Below, piece by piece: positions 53,001 through 64,000 of a DNA stretch of 64,000 nucleotides. The position numbers and the translations under genes are program-made. Position 1 is the stretch's first letter. The number at the start of each line of letters is the position of its first letter. The notes under the pieces were generated by a model, which saw only the letters and a list, made by a program, of their open reading frames with translations, had not been told where the DNA came from and made no database searches. Source of the stretch: Pseudovirgaria hyperparasitica (taxonomy: Eukaryota); the NCBI GenBank assembly GCA_010093815.1, contig ML996574.1. One strand, given 5' to 3'.

Positions 53001-56000
53001 CTTTTTGAGAAATCAACCTGGGCCATTGTGGCGATGCTCGGGATACTGAAAGCCGGAGCTGCCTTCGTTCCACTTGATCCAAATCATCCAGTCACGCGAC
53101 TTAAAGAGATTCTTGCAGACATAGAGTCCCAGCTGGTTGTTACCTCTTCCAAACAAAGCCCACTTGCAGCACAAATAGCTCCGAAAATCCTTGTGCTAGA
53201 CCAAACGATCATATCCCGATTGCAACCAAGCCTTACGCCACTTCCGAACCCAGCAGCAGACACAGCTGCATATGTTCTTTTCACATCTGGCACGACTGGT
53301 CGCCCCAAAGGAACGATCATCCAGCACATGGCATTATCGACTTGCGTTGTGGCTCAAGCAAAATCACTTCGCATCAATGCCGACACGCGGGCACTACAAT
53401 TCGCATCCTTTACTTTCGATGCCTGCATCATAGAAATCATAACTACATTGTATGCCGGTGGCTGTGTATGTGTTCCTAGTGATGAACAGCGCTTAAATGA
53501 TGTCGCTGCCTTCATCAATAACACGCGAGCGAATTGGACACTCCTGACGCCTACATTCATTCAACTACTCAACCCGTCCGAAGTTCCCACTCTACGCACG
53601 ATCGTTCTTGGCGGAGAAGCGGCATCGCAACACAACATCGCCGTTTGGTCAGACAAAGTTCAATTGCTGAACGCGTACGGTCCCACAGAGGCTGCAGTCG
53701 TTGCAACCGTTCACCACTACAGTGCTGGTAATTCTGAAGCAGCTACCATAGGGAAGGCGATTGCTGGGCGAACATGGCTGGTCGATCCTCACAATTCCGA
53801 CCGATTAGCGCCAATTGGGTCAGTCGGGGAGCTTCTGCTCGAAGGCACACTTGCTAAAGGCTACCTGAAAAACCCGGAGAAGACTGATGAGTCCTTCCTT
53901 GGACTGCCACGCTGGGCAAAGAGTGGATCTTTTCTGTTCCAAAAGTCAGCAGCCCACAGATTCTATCGCACAGGCGACCTAGTGAAGTATGATTCCTACG
54001 GCTCTCTCGTTTACGTTGGTCGAAAGGATGAACAAGTGAAACTCCATGGACAACGGATGGAACTCGGTGAGGTTGAACATCATCTCAAAACGGATCAAAT
54101 GATTCAACACGCGTTGGTCGCCATACCCGCCAAAGGTCCGTGTTCCAAGCGCCTGGTGGCCGTTTTGTCTTTGCAAGAGCTGTCTGGGCCTACGCGCAGC
54201 GGTAATGATTTCGATCTTGTCAACCCTGAAATCTCAGGATACACTCTATCGAATGTCAGAGATCGACTCACGGAGCGTCTCCCTGCCTATATGATACCAT
54301 CCAAATGGGTCGTCTTCCGAGAACTGCCGTTCTTAGCCTCCAGCAAACTTGATCGCAAACGTATTGTCCAGTGGCTGGAGGGTATGAGCGAAGAAGTGTA
54401 TCATATGATCAGTGCCATTGACTCCGGGGTCTCTTCGCGAAGACAGCCTTCTAACGACCGCGAACGAAAGCTCCAAGCGATACTCGGGAAGGAGCTGAAT
54501 CTCCCCGCCGAAGAAGTAAGCCTCAACTTATCTTTCATTCACCTAGGTGGAGACAGCATTTCCGCTATGCAAGTCATGTCGCGTTGCCGTGCAGAGGGCT
54601 ACGGGATCACCGTACAAGATATCATTCGCTGCAAGTCAATCAGTCAATTGGCTGCGCGGATCAGCGTTCCAAAACACGTTGTTTACACAGACGAACCCAT
54701 CAACCAGAGCTTCACACTATCGCCAATCCAGCAACTGTACTTCCACTGCGTAGGGGAATGCTCTGAGCCATTCAATCAGAGCGTACTTCTCCGCTTAGTG
54801 AAGCGCTACGATGATACTACACTCAGGTCCGCGGTGGAGACCATTGTAGGTTCACACCACATGTTGCGTGCTCGATTTTTCAAAGACACCAGCAATACCT
54901 GGATGCAACGTGTAACAGATGATATTCAAGGATCTTATTCTTTCCGATCGCATTGTCATCAGGAGTTTGATTCCAAAGTCATGACTCAGCAGGTGCAGGA
55001 GACTCAGCAGAGCCTAAACATCGTTAATGGACCTCTCTTTGGGGTTGATGCATTTTCATTGTCCACTGATGGACATGTGTATCTGTCGTTGGTCGCACAC
55101 CATCTTGTCGTCGATATCGTGTCCTGGCGGGTTATCATGCAAGATTTCGAGGACATTCTTTGCTCCGGAACCATCAGCTCACACCAGTCGCTGCCATTCC
55201 AGACGTGGTGCAGGCTTCAACGGGAGGAATGCCAGAAGACTAGTCCGAGTGCTCTTCTGCCTTTCTCCGAAGTCCCCGTTGCTGACCTTGCCTACTGGGG
55301 TATGGAAGACAAAGTTAACGTTCAGGGGGATGCGGCCACAGACGTATTCACGCTGGATATGTCCAGAACACTAAACCTGTTGGGGAAGAGCAATGACATC
55401 TTGAACACAGAACCCGTAGATCTGTTTCTCGCTGCTGTTGCTTACTCATTCAATAAAACATTCTCTGACCGGCCTCGCATTCCAGCCATCTTCAACGAAG
55501 GTCACGGAAGGGAACCATGGGACCCTAACCTAGACTTATCGCATACAGTTGGATGGTTCACTACAATGGCGCCGATTAGTCTTCCCACCGAAGCTGATGG
55601 AGACTTCTACAAGATTGCGCGATGGATCAAAGATCTACGGTCGCGCATACCCGGAAAGGGCCGCCCATACTTTGCGAGTAGACTTCTCACCGAGGAAGGA
55701 ACTGAACACTTCGCGAGTCACTGGCCTATGGAAATTATGTTCAACTATCTCGGTCAGCTCCAGCAGCTCGAGAGAAAAGACGCTGTATTACAGGCTGTCA
55801 CGGGATCGACCAGCTTCCCAGAAATGTCAGTTTCGGATATCGGAACGTCCGTTCCTAGGTTTGCTTTGTTCGAGATATCCGTTGCTGTGGCCCAAGATGG
55901 CCTCACGTTCTCCCTCACTTATAACAGACAAATGTCCCGACAAGACGCTATACGCAAATGGGTACAAGAATGTAGGACGTCTCTCGAATATGCTGCAGAT

Positions 56001-59000
56001 CAACTTAGCACTACGCAGCTGCAACTGTCTCTGACCGATTTCCCATTGCTACCACTAGCATACAACGGAATTGAAGAAATCCAGCGATCTCTTCCTAAGG
56101 CTGGCGCAGAATCTTTCAATGATGTCGAAGACATTTATCCATGTTCCCCAATGCAGGAGGGCCTTCTGCTTAGTCAACTGAAAAATCCGCAACACTATGC
56201 CTTCTCCTGCATTTTCGAGGCCCGAGTAGGTCATGTTGGCACCCCAGACGCCAGGAGACTTGCTGAAGCATGGCAAATGGTCGTCAATCGACACGCCGTA
56301 CTGAGGACTGCCTTTATCGATAGTTCGTGCAAAAAAGGCGCCATGGATCAAGTAGTTCTAAGGAGCTCAACTGCGAAGATCTCGTGGCTGCAGAGCGGCG
56401 AGACCGATGCCCTCCAAACGTTACAGGGTCAACATTCGATCAATTGCCGAGAAACTCAGCCACCGCATCGTTTTACATTATGCATCGCTCCGCAAGGTAA
56501 AGTGTACTGCAAACTAGAGATGAGCCACGCGATCTGTGTAAGTTTCACTCGTTTTGACAAATGTTCTACATCGGAACTGACGCTCTGATAGGATGGCACT
56601 TCGATCCCCATAATTCTCAACGACCTTGTCGCCGCTTATTCGGGCCATCTGTGGACTGAGCCTCCTACGTTATTCAGCGATTATATCCATTATCTACAAG
56701 CCTCCTCGCACGACGCTGACATTGATTACTGGAAGACATACCTAGTGGATATCGAGCCCTGCTACTTTCCTTCACTCAATGAGACATCGAAAGTCACCAA
56801 CACCGTTCGGTCTTTTGACAGCCAGATACCACGCGTTCGAGCTCTCATGGCCTTCTGTACAAAACACGGCATTACGCTTTCCAACACGTTGCAGCTTATT
56901 TGGGCACTCATCATCAAATGCTACACTGGAAACTCAGACGTCTGTTTCGGCTACGTTGCCTCTGGTCGCGATATTCCTGTAGAAGGTATACATTCTGCTG
57001 TCGGAGCATTCATAAACATGCTGATCTGCAAAATCAACCTGTCGGATGAGATTAAGATTGTGGAGGCCCTTCACAAGATCCAGGCTGATTTCGTGGGGAG
57101 TATGGCTCATCAGACTTGCTCACTAGGCCAAGTACAACATGAGCTCAAGCTGTCCGGGGCCCCCATGTTCAATACTGCGTTCACGTATCAGAAACGCTCA
57201 AAGAGCAAGGACGACAACGCGTCATCTCTAGTACTAGATGTTCTCAAGGCCGAGGACCCAAGCGAGTACAGCATAACGATCAATGTCGAAGCTACTGATG
57301 ACGATATAAACTTAAGCTTCACATACTGGTCCCATGTTCTCTCTGATACTCAAGCGAAGAGCATTGCGAGAACTTTTGAGAATCTCATGACCCAGATCAT
57401 TCAACCTGGATTCGACGAATGCACCGTTGCCGATCTCGACTTCTTCAACGTCGAGGATAGAGAGCAGGTAGCGCTATGGAATGGCCGTGTTCCACCACAA
57501 ACGAATAAATGTGTTCATGAGCTCATTTCCGACCAAGCTGCACTGCGCCCTAAATCTACACCCGCAGTCTGCGCGTGGAATGCCCAATATACATACACAG
57601 AGCTGGATCTGATCACTAATAAAGTTGCTGCGCATCTTGTGAAGTTAGGCGTTGGACCAGAAGTATTCGTGCCACTCTGTTTCGAGAAGAGCGCCTACTA
57701 TCTCGTATCTGCTCTCTCAGTCATGAAAGCAGGAGGTAAGTGATTCTCATTCTCCCTTGCAAAAAATGGGGCCTATTTGTTATTAGTTGCTAAAAAGTCT
57801 CACAGGCGCTTTCGTACCCTTAGATCCTGCGCACCCTGCTAGTCGTATCAAAAGTCTTGTCGACAATGTTGGTGGCAAGTTGATCCTGTGTTCGGCACAG
57901 TATCAAAGCAAGGCTGCCGAAGCGGCGAAGATCGCTCTGGTCATTGACGAAACATTCGTGACTCAAGTAGAAGAAGCTATTGTTGTTACAACTCGCCCAG
58001 CAAAGCCTGACAATGCCGCATATATCATCTTTACATCAGGTAAATCGCAATCCTCATCATTTGTGGAATAAAAGTACTAATGTCATTCCAATCAGGGACC
58101 ACCGGTATGCCCAAGGGTACCGTCATCGAACATGGCGCGTTCTGTACCGGCGCACTTGCTCATAGCAGAGCGATGAACATGACTAATGTATCCCGTGTAC
58201 TCCAATTCGCTAGTCACACTTTCGACGCCTCCATCATGGAGATACTCAGTACTCTTCTTGTCGGAGGCTGTGTCTGTATACCGAGTGATCAAGAAAGAAT
58301 GAACGACCTACCAGCTGCCATGGAAAAAATGGAAGTGAACTGGACTCTTCTAACACCCTCTGTTGCCAACACGATCAAGCCGGATAGCATTCCGTCCCTC
58401 CGTGTGCTCGTCACTGGAGGTGAAGCCATGTCTCCAGGTCACATTGATCGTTGGGGCGACAGCAAATGTCTGGTCAATGCCTATGGACCCTCGGAGACGT
58501 CTGTTATTGCGACCATCAGTATGAAGGTTGATCTTGAAGGAAATAAACTCGACAACGAGCCTTCGAATATTGGTCATGCTGTCGGCGGACGCTGCTGGAT
58601 TGTCGATCCAAAGGACTATAATAGACTTGTACCGATAGGATGTGTGGGAGAGCTTGTCGTGGAAGGACGTATCGTGGCTCGTGAATATCTCAACAACGCC
58701 GCAAAAACTGCGTCCGCCTTCGTGAACGAAGCCGCATGGATGAAAAAGCATGGCTTTGGTGGTGCTAGCGGCAAGGGTGACCGCATGTATAGGACGGGTG
58801 AGTGGCAAATATTCACATAAAATCTGTCGTCATAAACAGGATCGCTGATGAAAGAACTAGGTGATCTCGTCCGCTACAACGCGAATGGCTCCTTCAGCTT
58901 TGTCGCTCGTAAAGATACACAGATCAAGCTCAATGGCCAGAGAATCGAACTGGGTGAGATCGAGCATCACGTCAGGAACAATCTGCCGGAGCACTCCCAG

Positions 59001-62000
59001 GCTGCAGTTGAGCTTGTTACACCTGCAGCAAAAACGGCCACCAAGGCCCTGGCCGCTTTCTACTGCTTTGAACATGCTACAGCAAGCTCTAGTGATGCCA
59101 CATTGTCTGCGGCTGAACATTCCACCGTTGATGAGATCCTGCTTCCTATGTTAGGACAAGCTCAAACAATCGCCAAATCGCTGGAATCGGCGCTTGGGAA
59201 CGCGTTGCCTTCTTACATGATTCCAGCTCTTTATATTCCAGTTAAGCGGTTACCTTTTACAACAGCGGGCAAGTTGGATCGTCAACGATTGCGCAACGTC
59301 GTGCAGGCTCTTCCTAAGGAGATGGTTGCACCATACAGATTGGCTGCCTCAACGAGCAAGAAGGCACCAACTTCAGACATGGAAACTAAGCTGTTGCGGC
59401 TCTGGGAGAGCGTTCTAGGGCTTGCGAAAGGCTCCGTTGGTGTTGAAGACAACTTTTTCCGCGTAGGAGGCGACTCTCTTGCTGCAATGCGGCTTGTCTC
59501 GGCAGCGACAGCCCAATCCATTGCGATCACCGTGATCAATATTTTTAGAAAGCCAAAGCTTTCTGACATGGCCAAAGTTTGTACGATTGTCGAAGAAGAG
59601 ATCCTCGGTGAGCTACGACCTTTCTCCCTGCTGAACGGGGACGATACGGTCGACGAAGCCGTAGACGAATTGTCAGGTCAGTGCCGGGTGCCGAAAGACA
59701 GTATCAGCGATGCATACCCGTGTAGTTCGCTCCAAGAAGGTCTTTTCACCCTTTCTATCAAGCAACCTGGCGCATACGTCGCAAACAACGTGTTCAAGCT
59801 TCCACGCACTCTCGACCTGGATCGGTTCAAGGCTGCTTGGCAGAAGACTGTCGACGAAGTCGATATCCTTCGTACAAGGCTGGTCCATATGAGATCTTCT
59901 GCATTTGTACAGACTGTTCTTAAGTCTGACCCAATCCGTTGGGAACATGCGACGGATCTCGAACTAGTCACCTCTGAGGCTCCTCGTTTACCTGCACATA
60001 ATGGTGGCAACCTGACCAAGTATACCATCATCGACATGGAGGCATCAAAAGAACGATTCTTAGCATTCAGCATCCATCACGCCCTCTATGATGGCTGGAG
60101 TCTCCCTCTGGTTTTGAAGAGGGTGGAACAGTTCTACTTCGAAGGCGAGACCAAACTTCCCAAGACTCCCTATGCCAAATTCATCAAATATCTCACGGAC
60201 AGTGATCTTCAAATCTCGGAAGAATTCTGGAAGTCGAGACTCGCTGGATCCACACCACTTTCATTTCCACAGCCTTTGGCGTCTGCTTCAAAGATGGAGA
60301 GCAGCACTCAGACTCTTACTCATACCGCTCAGCTAGGGGAAGCATTCGCAGGCATGGGAATAACGATGCCCACGTTGATTCGAGCTGCCTGGGCCATCAT
60401 GGTAGCTGCCTACTCAGGCTCAGATGATGTGGTATACGGAGAGACCATGACTGGTAGAGACGTTCCAGTGCAAGGCATTACAGACGTGCTTGGACCTACA
60501 TTAACGACTGTGCCGACACGTATACAGATTCACCGGACCAAGCCGGTCATGAACTTTCTGGAAGAGATCGGCCGCATGAACACTGATACAATCCCTCATC
60601 AACATCTTGGTCTTCAACACATTCGCCGCCTCGACTCCGACACAAGTCTTGCGTGTGACTTTCAAAACCTGCTTGTCATACAGATGGCCCAAGAGAGCGA
60701 CGCGAAGAGCTTCTGGGAAGTTCACAACAATGGCGTAGGTGCCAACTTCTTCACCTATCCTCTGGTGATCGAAGCCCGGGCCGACGACAAGCATGTGGAG
60801 ATTGAAGCCCATCACGACTCCCGCGTGATATCTGAATGGCACGTACAACGGCTCTTATATCAGTTTGAGTCTGTTCTTCAGCAGCTGAACAGCGCAATGC
60901 GCCAAAAGTCTGGAAAGGTCCAGGATATCCGCACGTACAGTCCTAGTGATGTAGAACTCTTGCAGAAGTGGAACGGACACATGCCTGAGATTGTCCACGA
61001 GTGTATACATTCCAAGATCCTCGAAACTGCCACCAGACAGCCCGATACCCAGGCGATTTGCTCTTGGGATGGAGATTTTACATACGCACAATTTGTCGAT
61101 TACTCTGGTCGTTTAGCACAACGGCTGACGCAGATGGGTGTCAACAAAGAAGTCAAGGTACCTATCTGTATGAGCAAGTCTAAATGGGCTGTGGTAGCCA
61201 TTATGGGTGTTCTAATGGCCGGCGGTGCATATGTTCCCCTAGATCCTAATCATCCTGCTTCGCGACATATGGAGATCACGTCGGATGTCGAGGCTAGAAT
61301 ACTCCTGTGCTCGCGACAGTATCTGGCTCATTGCAGCACTCTTGTCGACATGGTTGTTCCAGTGGACGGAGAAACACTCAACATGATCCCGAAGCTCCGC
61401 ACTCCATCGGCTCTCAGTAAGCGCGTGGTACCATCCAACGCTGCCTACGTCATATATACTTCAGGTAAGATAAGTCAAGTGTTGAAGGGCTACCGAACTG
61501 ATCGCTCCCAGGTTCAACTGGCAAGCCAAAAGGCACTGTTGTAGAACATCGTGCTTTCTGCTCCAGTTCGGAGGGGTACACCAAGGCACAATTGATGAAA
61601 TCTACCTCGCGGGTGTTTAACTTTGCTTCCTTCACCTTCGATGTCAGCGCAATGGAAATCTTATCAACACTCATCCTCGGCGGGTGTGTCTGCTTACCAA
61701 GCGACGAGCAGCGGCTCAAAGATCCAGGATCTGCAATAAATTCGATGGGTGTCTCATGGGCGTTTTTGACCCCATCCGTTGCTAATGTCATCGAACCGAC
61801 CTCGGTTCCCAGCTTGGATACCTTGGTCTGTGGTGGTGAGGCCATGTCCATCGAGAACGTTCTACGATGGGATGGTCATGTTACCTTAGTGAATGGGTAT
61901 GGACCGACTGAAGCTTCTGTGATATCAGTTGTCAACAATGAAGTATCGAACACCAAGGACCCTAGCACTATCGGCCGACCTACAGGAGGTGTTGCATGGG

Positions 62001-64000
62001 TTGTAGATCCAAGCGATCACGACCGCCTCGCGCCAGTTGGCAGTGTGGGTGAGATGCTTTTGGAAGGACCCTTCCTTGCTCGTGAATATCTAAACAACGA
62101 GGAAAAGACCAGAGAAGCATTCATCGAGAATCCTCGCTGGATTGTTTCATTCAATACCGGACCAATTGAGCGACAACACCGACTTTACAAGACTGGTGAC
62201 CTCGTACGGTTGAACGAAAATGGCACGCTTGTGTATATCGGACGGAAGGACAACCAGGTCAAGCTCAACGGTCAGCGATTGGAACTTGGTGAGATCGAGC
62301 ACAAGATGGACACAAATTCGAAGATCCAACATTCTCTTGTGGTTCTTCCAAAGAAAGGCCCCTGTAAGAAACGTCTTGTGGGTGTCTTATCACTGGCTGC
62401 CCTAGTGTCTGAAGGCATAACCTCAAATCTCTGTGCTCTCATCGAGGGCGAGGATAGACAGAAAGTGGCAAAGACTCATCTGAGTCAAATCCAGGAGACG
62501 CTGATGGGACAACTACCGTCGTACATGGTTCCATCGGTCTGGGCTGTCGTGGAAAGTCTCCCGCTACTTCCTTCTGGTAAGCTCGATCGCAGAGTGGTAA
62601 CCACTTGGGTCGAGACGATGGATGACACAACATATGACAAGATAAGCGGCATCGACGGAAGCTCCGACTCTGGATCTCCTGCCACCAAGCTCGGCAAACT
62701 TCTGCAAGAAATCATTGCGAAGGTTCTCAATATCCCGGAGAAACGTGTTGTACAGAATCAGTCCTTCCTCAGTCTGGGAGGCGATTCAATCACGGCTATG
62801 CAGGTATTAGCCCGATGCCGCAAGGAAAAGGTCACTTTGTCACTGAACGATATCCTCCGGAGCAAGTCCATTTCCCAAATGGCGCTGTGTGCTGGCACTG
62901 GAGACCAAATCCTGGGCCAAAAGGAGGTGGTGGATCAGCTCTTCGATCTCTCGCCCATCCAGAAACTTTATATGGAATCCGCCAGCAGTACAGTTGGGGA
63001 GAGCAGGTTCAACCAAAGCTTTACGCTGCGCTTGACTCGGCCCGTCAATCTACAGGCAATACAGGACGCCATCGAGACAATCGTTGCGCAACATTCCATG
63101 CTCAGAGCACGATTCTGTAAAACTAAATCTGGATGGCAGCAGAAAATCACATCCGACATGAAGTCATCATATCGCTTCCAGGACCATGGCGATTCTTCAC
63201 CACAATCTATGGTTCAAGCAGTGGGTCGGAGCCAGTCAGGTTTAGACATTGAGAAAGGACCACTCTTTTCTGTGGACCACTTTCAGCAAGGCTCTGAATG
63301 CCAAGTAATTGTCCTTGTAGGCCACCATCTCGTTGTAGATATGGTGTCATGGAGAGTCATTCTTCAAGATCTCGAGGAGCTCCTAGACTCGGGATCCCTA
63401 TCTATGGACAAGCCGATGTCTTTCCAGGCATGGTGTTCGATGCAGACTGAGCATGCTCAGAAGAACAGTGCAAAGAGTAGTAAGAAGATTCTACCCTTCA
63501 AGGTAGTCCCAGCAGACATGCATTACTGGGACATGCAGGACAAAGCCAACACGTACGGGGATACCGACGATGATTCGTTCATAATCGACAAGGACACTAC
63601 TGACATTGCCCTTGGCGGAGCAAACAAAGCCTTGGGAACCGAGCCAATTGATCTTCTGCTCGCAGTCGTGGCTCACTCATTCAGCCGAGTCTTTAATGAC
63701 AGACCTACACCCACCCTATGGAATGAGGGCCATGGTCGAGAGTCGTGGGATGCAGCGATCGATCTCTCAAGGACTGTTGGATGGTTCACTACCATTGCAC
63801 CTGCACATGTACAAGTTGGGGAAGGTTCAAACAACATCATCGACACTATTAAGAGGATGAAGGATGCCCGACGCCAAATACCATCAAATGGACGACCCTA
63901 CTTTGCTCATCGTTATTTGACACCTGAGGGCCGATGGCAGTTTGGCGATCATATGCCGATGGAAATCGTCTTCAATTATCTCGGAAAGATGCAACAGCTC
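44049..64000 (+). CDS. Giant multimodular NRPS, 3'-truncated by window edge: half-C, A-T-E-C, A-T-C, A-T-E-C, A-T-C, A-T-E...
   Basis: Five A domains (xTSGxTGxPK, YGPxE, YxTGDL, GKLDR-like) and five T domains (GGDS). E domains (HHLVxDxVSW, EGHGRE, xTVGWFTT) in modules 1, 3 and 5. C domains GHQIMDG, HHATYDG, SHAICDG, HHALYDG. Introns at 44608-44657, 51868-51921, 56538-56591, 57736-57805, 58040-58095, 58798-58860 and 61465-61511. Start codon uncertain. Confidence 0.97.

Noticed and set aside
53884..53908. Hammerhead-ribozyme-like CTGATGA-GTCC-ttcctt-GGAC
   Set aside because: The required GAAA after stem II is absent (TGCC instead), and the sequence lies in NRPS coding sequence.

Overview
Genomic DNA from a filamentous ascomycete (Pezizomycotina), judged from short GT-AG introns with CTRAC/CTRAT branch points and RIP-like decay in a transposon. 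The first ~35 kb is a mostly housekeeping block: a FAR-17a/AIG1-like membrane protein, PAM17, an uncharacterised Zn-finger-like protein, Rab GGTase beta (BET2), a RhoGAP, glycogen debranching enzyme, a 14-TMS MFS transporter, an intron-containing tRNA-Thr(AGU), the deneddylase DenA/DEN1, cytochrome c1 and a class I DAHP synthase. An accessory patch at about 27.5-33 kb holds a Cys-rich orphan ORF, a DHA1-type MFS pseudogene interrupted by a 505-bp non-autonomous hAT-type element with an 8-bp TSD, and a cryptic three-exon (pseudo)gene only partly visible in the ORF track. The last ~28 kb is a secondary-metabolite locus. An intact ABCC/MRP exporter is transcribed divergently from a giant NRPS that runs off the window. 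Its visible architecture is half-C, A-T-E-C, A-T-C, A-T-E-C, A-T-C, A-T-E..., with epimerases in alternate modules, predicting a D/L-alternating peptide and an unusual acidic pocket in module 2. Exon boundaries and motifs were read by eye and no database searches were run.
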